Below, one piece after another: positions 54,941 to 64,000 of a DNA stretch of 64,000 nt. The notes below the pieces were generated by a model. That model ran no database searches and had not been told where the DNA came from. It saw only the letters and a list, made by a program, of their open reading frames with translations. How positions within the stretch are numbered: position 1 is the first letter of the stretch; every line of letters starts with the position of its first letter. Origin of the DNA: Nitrospiraceae bacterium UBA6905. GTDB taxonomy: Bacteria; Nitrospirota; Thermodesulfovibrionia; Thermodesulfovibrionales; UBA6898. The stretch is taken from positions 38,698 through 102,697 of the forward strand of contig DKBH01000003.1 of NCBI GenBank assembly GCA_002451165.1. Reading direction: 5' to 3'. Position numbers and translations under genes: made by a program.

Positions 54941-56929
54941 CTATTTCTTCTTTTTGTCATGAGGCACAGCAACGGTCGTACTTTCGGCTGAACTATTACC
55001 ACACGCATCAGTGCACGTGACGGTCAGCGTGTAGATCCTCCCGTCGCCTGTGCCAGAGCGCTCAGCCCTCAGATCCACCGCGAGATCGCCGGTGATCATC
55101 CAGTCGGGAGACGTGTCGCCGTCACCGAGACCATTTACCGGTTCATTGCTGCTCACCCCCGTGATGGAACAGGATGGCGTGCTGTCGCAATTATCTGTGG
55201 CAGTTGCTGACACTTCAATCTGTACCATCTTATGATTTGGCGACCAAAGCATGTTCGGTTCGGCCGTAACGCTTTGTATTGCGGGCGGTGTAGTGTCAAC
55301 CACCTGGATGTTCTGTACACAACTGCTCAAATTTCCACAGTTATCGACGGCTGTCCAGGTTCGGGTAATCGTAGATTGTTGAGGACACGCACCAGAAGTA
55401 GCGCTGTCGGAGTAGGTTGGCACCACGCTTGGGCTACAAGCATCTGTAGCTGTTGCAGAGCCCGTATTTCCAGGGTCAGTTGACGTATTGCATTCGATAG
55501 TTATGTCTGGTGGACAGGTAATCACCGGTGGTAACGAATCGCTTATAGTAACAGAAGACATGTCAGAATCCAGATTCCCTGAAGGATCAGCCACCGTGAG
55601 GGTGACGCTGCAATTTAGGCCGCACCCGGGTGATGTTGCGATGTTAAGCTTTGATGTAGCACTGGCTGTATCGTCAAACGCCCCCCCTGGGCAATCGGTA
55701 CTCCAAGAGTACGTCAATGCATCACCATCGGGATCGCTGGAACCGGTGCCGTCGAGCTGAATTGTAGTCACAGTACCCTGGCATTCCCCATTGTAAGGTC
55801 CGTCTGCGTCAGCAATCGGCGGCTCCGGGATATCACTGCACAAAGAGACATTGAGCTGTGTCAGTACTGTGTCAATAGGGATGCCATAGCCGTCCGCACC
55901 GCCGGAGACTCCAGCAAAATGAAGAGCCACAGCCCGATTGGTCCCATCATTCAGAATAACGGGAGCCCCTGAGTCGCCTCCCTGGCTCATATCGGTGTCA
56001 GGAGGAGTAGGTGAATACATGATAATGTTTCTAAATCGACCCGCTCCTGTACCACATAATCCCGGTGATGGATCACCGGCCTGGTCATACCCCACGTCGA
56101 TCGTGAGATTGATACCGGTTATCGTTCCACAAGTCACACCCGTGGTACGTCCGCTCTTGCATACAGGGTCACCCAAGGCCACAGTATTATACGTTGTGTT
56201 GTTTTGGGCTCCTATTCCGTCGATGTTTTCTGAGACGAGTGCATCGGTGCTTTGGACAAAAGCTGCATCGACATCATTCTGAGTGCTGCCATCCAAGACC
56301 ATGGTAACGAAGCGGTTCAGAGTGCCGACATTGGTTGCACCTGTAGTGGTACAAACGGGCACATTGTCAACAAGACCGGGATGAAAGAGATTGGTGCCTA
56401 TCGGAGCATTATTCGGGCATTTACCCGGGCAACCTGATACGGCAACATGGTTGTTCGTGATGAAACCTCCCACATTCGGCGCAGTATTGTCACACACCTT
56501 GAACCCTGCGGTCCCGACGTCACAGAAATTGCATGTTCCACCAGTGCAAGGGCCGGGTCCACCACAAAGTATATCATTGCCAGCAGATTGTCCAAGATCC
56601 ATTACCTGCTCGGCAACAATTCGGCCAACTTCCTTAACGATAACAGGCATATCTCCCACGGTGGTCGGCATCTCAAACTCTCGGCTTTGCTGATCCACCA
56701 GAATCAGAATCCCGGCCTGTCCATCCTTTGCTCCAATGCCAACTCCCTTCACACCTGGGCGGCTAATCAGCTCCTTCTCGTGTTGGGCCTGGACCGTGAC
56801 GGCCTGAGATAACGCTTCTTTGCTCAGCACAATTCTGTCCATTGCATCGGCAGTTGATACTCCTAGAGATAAAGACAATGCGACGCCCGTGATCCACACT
56901 ATTAAGATTATAAGCACTTTACTTTTCAT
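54941..56929 (-). CDS. Secreted chymotrypsin-fold (S1) serine protease with C-terminal PKD-like, HYR-like and PNHK-type domains
   Basis: RBS aaggagg and a signal peptide. Catalytic residues ITNNHV (His), DVDAAFV (Asp) and GGDSGAPV (Ser). C-terminal motifs DGTGSSDPDGDALTYSW (PKD-like), PPVITCPPDITIEC...TRTWTAVDNCGN (HYR-like) and LWSPNHKMV...LRAERSGTGDGRIYT. Confidence 0.8.
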   Translation of the reverse strand: MKSKVLIILIVWITGVALSLSLGVSTADAMDRIVLSKEALSQAVTVQAQHEKELISRPGVKGVGIGAKDGQAGILILVDQQSREFEMPTTVGDMPVIVKEVGRIVAEQVMDLGQSAGNDILCGGPGPCTGGTCNFCDVGTAGFKVCDNTAPNVGGFITNNHVAVSGCPGKCPNNAPIGTNLFHPGLVDNVPVCTTTGATNVGTLNRFVTMVLDGSTQNDVDAAFVQSTDALVSENIDGIGAQNNTTYNTVALGDPVCKSGRTTGVTCGTITGINLTIDVGYDQAGDPSPGLCGTGAGRFRNIIMYSPTPPDTDMSQGGDSGAPVILNDGTNRAVALHFAGVSGGADGYGIPIDTVLTQLNVSLCSDIPEPPIADADGPYNGECQGTVTTIQLDGTGSSDPDGDALTYSWSTDCPGGAFDDTASATSKLNIATSPGCGLNCSVTLTVADPSGNLDSDMSSVTISDSLPPVITCPPDITIECNTSTDPGNTGSATATDACSPSVVPTYSDSATSGACPQQSTITRTWTAVDNCGNLSSCVQNIQVVDTTPPAIQSVTAEPNMLWSPNHKMVQIEVSATATDNCDSTPSCSITGVSSNEPVNGLGDGDTSPDWMITGDLAVDLRAERSGTGDGRIYTLTVTCTDACGNSSAESTTVAVPHDKKKK

Positions 56930-57055
56930 AGCGGCCTCCTTTCTTGGACTAAACATATGAGAAACTATTCCTGACCGGTACAACTTTGAGCATCACCTCC
57001 TTTCCGGCAAAAGGGGTTTTCTAAAAACTGCTCTCGGGACCTAGTCTGTTTCTCC

Positions 57056-57355
57056 TCAACGCGAATTTTTCGGTTCTGCCTCAATCCTTCCTGAAACCGT
57101 AATTTCCACACTGTATCCGTCAAGGCTTTCGGGAATACTTCTCTCGATCTCAGGGGTTTTTTCGGTGACCAGTACTTTGATGCAGGGAGCCCGATCACAA
57201 AGGCCTTGACCGACACCTACAACTCCCGGTATCGCCATCAATTCGTCAGTGTGCTTTTTGAGTGCCTCTTCAATAGTCATGGCAGCCGGTATGGCATTTG
57301 CAACGATCAACAGAACCGAACATAGTATGACGACGAAAGAACATTTGATGACCAT
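57056..57355 (-). CDS. Stand-alone protease-prodomain-like protein
   Basis: Strong RBS GGAAGGAG. Signal anchor. ELMAIPGVVGVGQG...IKVLV...IPESLDGYSVEI parallels the protease N-terminal ELISRPGVKGVGIG...ILILV...MPTTVGDMPVIV. Confidence 0.5.
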   Translation of the reverse strand: MVIKCSFVVILCSVLLIVANAIPAAMTIEEALKKHTDELMAIPGVVGVGQGLCDRAPCIKVLVTEKTPEIERSIPESLDGYSVEITVSGRIEAEPKNSR

Positions 57356-58292
57356 TTGCCTTCTCCTTCCCAACAAGAAGGCTATCCCTCGGTTTATCAT
57401 TCTTTAAATTCTCAATGCTCTTGTGCCTCGTAATGGCATTTCGTGCTGTTCTAGCCCTGTTGTCTCGATCGACGGAACAACCTCGTAGGCGATCAAGTGA
57501 TTGCTCAGTATTGATCGTATCCAGCTCTTCGGCATCGTCACAGGAGCCGTTCCGTATGCACTTTTTCCGTATGCATCTGCACAAGTAATGCTGGTATCGC
57601 AAATTCTTCCATCCCCTATGACAGAGGGCTCGGCCCTTAGGTTTTATCGAGAGGTTGCAGTTAATGATTCTCACAGGGTTGACATCGTTGTCACCTATGT
57701 TTGTCCTCACCTTTTCACCCCCGTCTCGCGGAGGTGTTGGCTTTGCCGCGGATTACGTTACTCTGAGTTTAAGACCAGGTGTTAAGAAAGAAAGTGGAGG
57801 GCGGCGAACAATCAAATCCCCAGAACTTCATATGAATAGATTGCGGATATAAGAAGAACCCCCGTTCAAAAATCTCTCGCATTGATTTACCCCTCACTTA
57901 ATGGATACTCCTGAATGACATATTTGTCAAGTTTTAATTGTCAGATCTTCTGTCCATTTATTTCTTTTTAGAAGAGTTCAGTAACTTCGCAGTAGAGCAC
58001 TGTCGGCGCGTAGTGTGAAGGGATTTCGCGAGTATTTCATGTTCGATTCAACAGGAACTACAAGCTCTATAAACAAAAGGAAAGATGGAGGGTTCAAGAA
58101 TGTATCGCGAGTTTGTTCTGGTAGCCTCGATGTGGTTGAGTTATGCAGAAAAAAAGTCATTAAGGCGTTACACGATCAGGAGAAAGCAATTACAATAGGT
58201 TATGGCTGTCGAACTGACTCATCTACCAGCAGGGCTGATGAGCCCTAAGCCCTTACCATGTTGCGTTGCAGGCCTTGACTGCTCGGCAGGAG

Positions 58293-58718
58293 TTAGGCGT
58301 TCTTTTGCATCTTCTCACGCATTCTTGCGTCAAATTTAGCTTTATCGATAATGAACCGCTCGTGTTTTCCGTGCGAAACTAGAGCAGCATTGTCATAAAC
58401 CTCGACTTCGAACAGCAATCTGCGCCTGTCAACTTCCAGCAGCTTTACTTTCGCCGTTACGGTTACGCCCGGTGGAGTCGCTGCTATATGACTGACATCG
58501 ATATGCGTACCGACGGTCTGCTCCGCTGGCCAGCCAATGTGAGAGTTGATCGCCTGAATGCAGGACCATTCAATGAACCCGACCATATATCCGGTGGCAA
58601 AGACTTCGGGCATGGCCTGAAACTCAGCAGACTCAGGGTAAAGGTCCGGAACTGTTTTTGACTTTGCTATCCGAATGCTGAACTCATGTTCAATGCCGGG
58701 GATTAAAGATTCTTTCAT
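58293..58718 (-). CDS. Hotdog-fold thioesterase (FlK-like)
   Basis: VFATGYMVGFIEWSC...GTHIDVSHIAATPPG...GKHERFII is the pattern of thioesterase-superfamily proteins. Confidence 0.75.
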   Translation of the reverse strand: MKESLIPGIEHEFSIRIAKSKTVPDLYPESAEFQAMPEVFATGYMVGFIEWSCIQAINSHIGWPAEQTVGTHIDVSHIAATPPGVTVTAKVKLLEVDRRRLLFEVEVYDNAALVSHGKHERFIIDKAKFDARMREKMQKNA

Positions 58719-59195
58719 CTCTATTTTTTCCTTTCACAGGTGACTGCCCGTTGCCTTCTCTTTTTCTATAATGGGCGGGGACAGTTAATGCATCTCGCGC
58801 CCCATCAATTACCACAGGAACTTCCGGTTTATTGGTTTTATTGGATAGAATATAACACAAGGAGTGAAAACACTGAATAATAAATAATAATATCAAGCAG
58901 ATACGAAACATCAGTGCGTAGAATCGATAATACGAAATACGTAAAATGTGGGGAAATTGGCAGGCAATCGGCAAGGGCAAATGCATGGCGGTATTTGTCG
59001 CTGATGACTTTAAACTCAGGATGATCGCGGAGGATGCAACGGCGTGGGATGATCAGCGGTCGACCTGCCGGGTTTCGAGATAAAAAGATGTCGGAAGTTC
59101 CTTGAAACAAGTTTTATTCATTATGATGTCGGGGGCATAGCTATCCTTTCGGGGAATAGGGAAAACGTGAAAAGACAAAAAACAAAGATATGCTG

Positions 59196-59843
59196 CTATA
59201 TAGCCGAGCGGACCCTGATGAAACTCTTAATGCGTTCTGCCTGCTCCGGGGTAATATCTATGAACTCAAAACCGATGTGGTATTTTCTTTCTGTCCCGTG
59301 CAGTACGGTTTTGCAGGACGTGACCTTTGTCATGCACTTTACTGGCTCAGCTTGGTCAGGGAGGAACAGCCGGGCAGTGCATTCCGTGCCGGACGCTATC
59401 GGATTCCATGACTCGGCAAGGAGACCGCCGTAACTGAGGTTCAAGAGCGTGAGTGATTCGGTGAAGCTCAGCAGCGCCGATAATGCCGGGGCGGATACGC
59501 GGACCGCCCGCGTCTTGCCGCTCTCGCTGCCGCAGGTCTTCTTCATGAGATCCCCGCGTGATTCCTCAAATTGAATGCCTGCAGAATAAAGCGGGTCTCG
59601 ATGGCCCCGCGGGGTGATGGACCATCCTGCAAATCGCTCCCACACTGATATGCCGCGGACGATCATGAGCGAACCATTGCTTCCGATCGTGACCATACAC
59701 TTGCTGCCGGGTATAAGCCGCTTCGATGCTTTGATACCAATGCCGTTCATGCCAAGGTCCGCAATCTCGGCATGTGTTTCGGTTATGGTCTCGACACGGA
59801 TGGCATCACCCTTTAGGGATATTCTTTTGTGCTTACGTCTCAT
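59196..59843 (-). CDS. Tandem PilZ-domain protein (c-di-GMP receptor candidate)
   Basis: RRKHKR ... DLGMNGIG (RxxxR plus D/NxSxxG-like), and a second PilZ-like half (RAVRV...LNLSYGGLL). Confidence 0.7.
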   Translation of the reverse strand: MRRKHKRISLKGDAIRVETITETHAEIADLGMNGIGIKASKRLIPGSKCMVTIGSNGSLMIVRGISVWERFAGWSITPRGHRDPLYSAGIQFEESRGDLMKKTCGSESGKTRAVRVSAPALSALLSFTESLTLLNLSYGGLLAESWNPIASGTECTARLFLPDQAEPVKCMTKVTSCKTVLHGTERKYHIGFEFIDITPEQAERIKSFIRVRSAI

Positions 59844-59951
59844 CGTCTGAGGAAAACCCCCTAGTATATCTTACGAAAAAATAAGAGAAAGAACAATAGT
59901 CTGCCGAAAAAATAGCGCTGAGGAACCAGCCACAAAGATGGACACGTTCCC

Positions 59952-60410
59952 TTAGACAGGACAGAGAGACTCAAGAAACTGTTGCCGCTCCTCCGGCCCG
60001 GGCAGATGGTCAGGCAGGACATCATGCAGGCAGCATCCCGTGATGATCTTTTCCACGAGGCTTAAAACGGCGAAGGGAATGATCTCATCGACTAGTGAAC
60101 CGGAGGCTTTTTCGATACGCAAAAGCTCCGAGTACCAGGTATCGGTTGCAGGTTTTATCCCTGCGCAGCCATTTCCGCGGATAGCCCGGGGGACAGCCCC
60201 TTTCGAGATTGCCAGACTGCTTACACCGTGCTTTACCCGCTGCAGGCCTCGTATGATGGGGTTGGAGCTCAGTCCGTGGAGTCCTCTGGTGATCGGCATA
60301 AAGCGCGTTATATTGACTCCGGCACAAAAAATCAGGGCTTGTTCTTCGAACTTCTCGTCCGGCAATAGCACGACGTAAAGAAAATCATTGCTATCGCTAT
60401 GACTCGGCAC
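59952..60410 (-). CDS. Hypothetical protein
   Basis: Open frame with a GTG start. No family recognised. Confidence 0.3.
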   Translation of the reverse strand: MPSHSDSNDFLYVVLLPDEKFEEQALIFCAGVNITRFMPITRGLHGLSSNPIIRGLQRVKHGVSSLAISKGAVPRAIRGNGCAGIKPATDTWYSELLRIEKASGSLVDEIIPFAVLSLVEKIITGCCLHDVLPDHLPGPEERQQFLESLCPV

Positions 60411-60486
60411 CTATCATAGGGAATGGCAGGACAAGAGTGCAATGAGAAAGCGAGGCCGCAGTCCATGAATCGGAGAAAACAGTGCT

Positions 60487-61791
60487 TTAGGGCTTGTTTT
60501 TTTCGATCAATGCCTGAACCGGCTTCAGGCCGTAAGGACTTCCCTGTTCAATAGCAGTCAGAACGGTTCCCCCTCCGGTGAAGAAATAGTAATTGGCATT
60601 GTCCATAACCGACAGATATAGCCCGGGGCAGAGGTCTTTGAATTCCTGGAGGGTATCTCCTCCCCCATACATTTTCATGGCCGATGCATTCCGGTCTATG
60701 GTATGATCGAGCGCCTGAGAACCTGCCGTGAAGTGAGGAGTAAACCCCATGACAGCGTTGACGAAGATGGTCTTAGCCGTGGCAATGGCACCTGCAACGG
60801 CACTGTCCTCAAACGATGCGGGGTCAATATCGAGGATATATCCGTAGGAGCTTCCCGGTGCAAAGTCCTTGAGGGAGATGGTCCGAAACTTTCCTTCAAC
60901 CCTGCTGTCCGGGATGTCCGACTCCACGAGATGGGGCAGTTCTATGATTTTTTTCTGCTCCCCGTCCTTGTCAACCAGTTCCCGTGCAAGCCGGATGTCT
61001 TCATCAAGCACACCCTTGATATGCACCTGATATTTCGCGCAGAGGTACGTATTGTAGATGACGCCCCCGAGAATAAGCCGGTCGACTTTCTCGTAGATCG
61101 CAGAAAGCGGTCGAATCTTGGTATCGTATTTCGAGCCGGCGACAACAGCGAGAAAGGGCCGATCAGGGGTGAGTACGCGGGAGAGGTTCATGATCTCTTG
61201 CTGCATGAGAAACCCTGCATATGACGGCAGATGATGGGTGATGTTATAGGTAGATGCATGTGGTTGCCAGGACCCGAAGGCGTCATTCACATAGATATCA
61301 GCGAGACCGGCAAGCTGCAGGGCGAAGTCTTCGGCGGCATTTCCCTTTGACTCCTCACCCTGAAACCAGCGCATGTTTGGGAGATAGATGCCGCCCAGCC
61401 TGCGCTCGCGGAGTTCTCTGATGGCGAGGTTGATCGAGGTATCGATGCCTGCGATCCCACTGTCAGGGGTGACGGGTAATTTGGGTATATGGATTTTCGT
61501 ATGCAGCTTCTGTTCAAGGTATTGTACGATCGGTTCGACCGACTCCTCGGGTTTGCAGGCAATGGCTCCGGTCTTCTTGTCCTTTGGCCTCCCGACATGG
61601 GTCATCATAATCGGTCTTCCGCCGCGTTCGACAATGTGGAAGAGGGTGCCGATGGTCCTGTCGATACGGAAGGGATCGCGGATCTCGCCCCTCTTGACCA
61701 CATTGTGATCGAAGCGCACCAGCACGACCTTTCCGTTAAGATCCGCATCCTGAATCAGGGGTAGCCCCTGTTCTGCCAGAGGTTTGTTCAT
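60487..61791 (-). CDS. pgk: Phosphoglycerate kinase (divergent, long form)
   Basis: VLVRFDHNV...RIDRTIGTL...MTHVGRPK...YGGGDT...FFTGGGT correspond to the canonical PGK motifs. Confidence 0.75.
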   Translation of the reverse strand: MNKPLAEQGLPLIQDADLNGKVVLVRFDHNVVKRGEIRDPFRIDRTIGTLFHIVERGGRPIMMTHVGRPKDKKTGAIACKPEESVEPIVQYLEQKLHTKIHIPKLPVTPDSGIAGIDTSINLAIRELRERRLGGIYLPNMRWFQGEESKGNAAEDFALQLAGLADIYVNDAFGSWQPHASTYNITHHLPSYAGFLMQQEIMNLSRVLTPDRPFLAVVAGSKYDTKIRPLSAIYEKVDRLILGGVIYNTYLCAKYQVHIKGVLDEDIRLARELVDKDGEQKKIIELPHLVESDIPDSRVEGKFRTISLKDFAPGSSYGYILDIDPASFEDSAVAGAIATAKTIFVNAVMGFTPHFTAGSQALDHTIDRNASAMKMYGGGDTLQEFKDLCPGLYLSVMDNANYYFFTGGGTVLTAIEQGSPYGLKPVQALIEKNKP

Positions 61792-62062
61792 CTCGTGTCT
61801 CCTGTCTCCTGGTGCAGCATAATAGTTCTGGGCTACATCAGAGTGTACTGCATCAGAAGCTGCTCGTCAACAAATGAGGGGCCGAGCGGGGAAAGACAAA
61901 GGGAGACAGAAGCACCAGTGAGAGGAGCTTGAGACGCCTGCCGGACCGGTTCAGTTGCGGGATTTCCTGCGCTGATCCGTATGAGAATATGTCGTTCCAG
62001 CGAAAAAAAGCAGGGAAAGCGAACTAAACTGCTGTCGTCAAAGTCCTCACAGGGCGCTCCCT

Positions 62063-62614
62063 TTATCCCTGAGAAATGTCAGCGGACGTGACGAGCATGA
62101 CCCCGGCATGAACCATTTCCCATAGCGCTCGCTCCACATCTCCTCTGTGCAGTTCTATTCCTGCCACCGCGTCCCGAACAACAAATGTGTGGAACCCTTT
62201 TTTCACAGCATCTCGTGCCGATTTCTTCACGCAATATTCAATGGCAATTCCTGTTATATACAGGCTGTCCACACTGCGTTCTTTCAGGTACTGTTCGAGA
62301 TTTATATTGGAAGCCTCAAACGCTGAGTAGCCTTCGTCCCGGTCCCCCGTGCCTTTGAGCGCCACCTGGTGAATGATGTCCTGACGGAGGCCGGGATGCA
62401 GTTCAGCGCCCCAGCTATTTTGAACACAATGCTTTGGCCACGCACCAAAATGAGCAGTCGTATCAGGATGCCAGTCCTTAGATGCCACGACGAGAGGAAA
62501 GTAATGCATGATGCTGTTTATCACCGGCACTACCTTGTCCCCCTCAGGCGCTGGCAGCGCTCCGCCGGGACAAAAATCATTTTGCAGATCTACGATAAGG
62601 AGTGCTTTCATCAT
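62063..62614 (-). CDS. pncA: Nicotinamidase/pyrazinamidase
   Basis: ALLIVDLQNDFCPGGAL...KDWHP..H...GIAIEYCV, the isochorismatase family with the catalytic Cys. 4 nt overlap with pncB. Confidence 0.9.
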   Translation of the reverse strand: MMKALLIVDLQNDFCPGGALPAPEGDKVVPVINSIMHYFPLVVASKDWHPDTTAHFGAWPKHCVQNSWGAELHPGLRQDIIHQVALKGTGDRDEGYSAFEASNINLEQYLKERSVDSLYITGIAIEYCVKKSARDAVKKGFHTFVVRDAVAGIELHRGDVERALWEMVHAGVMLVTSADISQG

Positions 62615-64000
62615 GACTGCTCCACTCTTCCGAACCTGCCCCTGATCGTGTCGATGATCGCGGAGCGCTGATCCCTGAGTTTGCTGCTGATGCCGACCTT
62701 ATATTCGTGCGGATTCTCAAAACGCTTGTGCTCGTCCGGCAGCGCAGCAAGTCGCTGCTGCGCATATTTTGCTATCTCACCAAGCGGTTTTTTCTCGACG
62801 ACAATCCTTCCCTTGTCCATGACCTTGCGCAAGAGGGTCTCTTTTCTGAGCGCGGCCACGGAACTGCTCTTGTCGGGGCGATGCGGATGATGGATTGCAT
62901 CAACAGTTCGTTCTCCTGAAAGGCAGATGCAGTCAGCACGAAAATAGCCGTCAGCGTCGATGCAGCGGAATACCTCCTTGACCCCCGGGAGAATAATTTT
63001 TTCCGGTGTTTCCGATATCTTCAGGCGTGGTCTGTTATCGCACATCGAAAGTTTGTATACGCCGTCGAGCGCTGCATCGCTGCGGCCGGTAACGAGACTG
63101 GTGCCGACACCGAATGCATCGATCGGCGCTCCCTGCGCCAGGAGGCTGTTGATGACATATTCATCGAGCTGGTTTGAGGTCATGATCTTGACATAGGCAA
63201 GCCCTTCAGCATCGAGCATGGCCCGGGCCTTTTTCGTGAGATAGGCAAGGTCCCCGCTGTCGAGTCGCACTCCTAAAAGCCTTTCCCCCCTGCGCCCCAT
63301 CTCGTGTGCGACCACGATGGCGTTCGGGATGCCTGATTTCAGGGTGTCATAGGTATCCACCAGCAGCACGCAGTGTTTGGGATATGCCGCTACAAAATCC
63401 CTGAAAGCAGTCACCTCGTCGTCGTATGTTTGTATCCAGGAATGTGCCTGTGTCCCGGCCGAGGTGAGACCGAACATGAATGCGCTGTAGACGTTCGACG
63501 TGCTGTCTGCACCCCCGATAACCGCTGCTCTGCTGGCATGCACCCCGCCGAGACCGTGGGCCCTCCTCAGGCCGAAATCTACTACCAGCCGCGTCCCGGC
63601 TGCACGCCGGATCCTGGCAGCCTTGGTCGCTATAAGCGATTCGAAGTTCACCATGTTCAGAAGTACCGTCTCAATGAGCTGTGTCTCTATGATATTCCCT
63701 TCAACCCTGATCAGAGGTTCGTAGGGGAAGACAACTTCACCCTCCTCAGGTGCATAGAGGTCTCCCCTGAACCGGAATGATTTCAGATAGCCTACGAACT
63801 CGGGTGCAAAGCCGAGGGATGCGAGATAATCGCAGTCTTCCTGATCGAATTTCAGTTCTTGAAGGATTTCCAACAGATCCTGCAGACCTGCGAAGATCAC
63901 ATAGCCGCCTCCAAATGGATTCTTTCTGAAAAAGTAGTCAAAACAAGCTGAAGTGTCTATCTTATGATGCAGGAAGTAACCCTGCGCCATAGTAAGTTCA
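62611..64000 (-). CDS. pncB: Nicotinate phosphoribosyltransferase (5' partial, runs off the window)
   Basis: ...ELTMAQGYF... is internal to the canonical LYELTMAQGYF motif, and the frame is open to position 64000. Confidence 0.9.
   Translation of the reverse strand, partial: ELTMAQGYFLHHKIDTSACFDYFFRKNPFGGGYVIFAGLQDLLEILQELKFDQEDCDYLASLGFAPEFVGYLKSFRFRGDLYAPEEGEVVFPYEPLIRVEGNIIETQLIETVLLNMVNFESLIATKAARIRRAAGTRLVVDFGLRRAHGLGGVHASRAAVIGGADSTSNVYSAFMFGLTSAGTQAHSWIQTYDDEVTAFRDFVAAYPKHCVLLVDTYDTLKSGIPNAIVVAHEMGRRGERLLGVRLDSGDLAYLTKKARAMLDAEGLAYVKIMTSNQLDEYVINSLLAQGAPIDAFGVGTSLVTGRSDAALDGVYKLSMCDNRPRLKISETPEKIILPGVKEVFRCIDADGYFRADCICLSGERTVDAIHHPHRPDKSSSVAALRKETLLRKVMDKGRIVVEKKPLGEIAKYAQQRLAALPDEHKRFENPHEYKVGISSKLRDQRSAIIDTIRGRFGRVEQS

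Noticed and set aside
57270-57710. 146-aa minus-strand ORF, with a faint sigma-factor region-4-like or HTH-like stretch (RARTARNAITRHKSIENL)
   Set aside because: It overlaps the RBS-supported prodomain-like gene. It is Cys/Arg-rich and the resemblance is too weak to call.
1-64000. CRISPR arrays, tRNA/rRNA genes, intact IS elements, integrases, toxin-antitoxin pairs or known defence systems
   Set aside because: I scanned by eye for regularly spaced direct repeats, tRNA T-arm motifs (GGTTCGAAT-like), and transposase, integrase or nuclease-type ORFs. None were found. A computational scan (tRNAscan-SE, CRISPR finders, ISfinder, DefenseFinder) would be needed to be definitive.

Overview
This 64 kb bacterial chromosomal window is densely coding and mostly housekeeping. 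The gene content suggests an anaerobic, non-model lineage (pyruvoyl arginine decarboxylase, deoxyhypusine-synthase-like gene, CooC-like ATPase, DUF3786 Fe-S protein, class III PHA synthase). That is inference only; no rRNA or tRNA is present to anchor taxonomy.

Recognisable blocks:
- scpA, then the ileS-lspA-lgt operon.
- On the minus strand: tsaD, lolA, ftsK, uppP, rnj, argF, argD.
- cooC-like gene and a 5-formyl-THF cyclo-ligase.
- A DUF2950/DUF3300 pair.
- thrC and a Cys/Met PLP enzyme.
- A visibly AT-rich, largely non-coding stretch at about 23.2-26.7 kb. It contains a 90 bp inverted-repeat pair and an orphan promoter/terminator unit.
- A glycan-type cluster at 26.8-35.4 kb: GH-like/GT2 synthase fusion, MsbA-like ABC exporter, APH-fold kinase, CgeB-like GT, YdjC deacetylase, GalE.
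- A rhodanese gene interrupted by an in-frame TGA, next to a dioxygenase-like gene.
- A polyamine operon (pdaD, DHS-like, speB).
- A complete class III PHA locus: RHH regulator, phasin-like genes, phaE, phaC, phaB, phaA. A GNAT-thiolase-GNAT module follows it.
- An M24 peptidase and DUF1847 pair.
- A secreted S1-type protease with a stand-alone prodomain paralog.
- A thioesterase, a PilZ protein, a divergent pgk, and pncA-pncB (pncB runs off the right edge).

No CRISPR array, intact transposase, integrase or rRNA/tRNA gene was seen.

Observations most worth follow-up:
1. A candidate selenocysteine-containing rhodanese with a SECIS-like hairpin.
2. The 90 bp inverted repeats bracketing 1.06 kb of non-coding DNA between two divergent gene sets.
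3. A candidate small RNA inside that bracket.
4. The unusual glycan cluster.
5. scpA lacking a stop codon and reading in frame into ileS.
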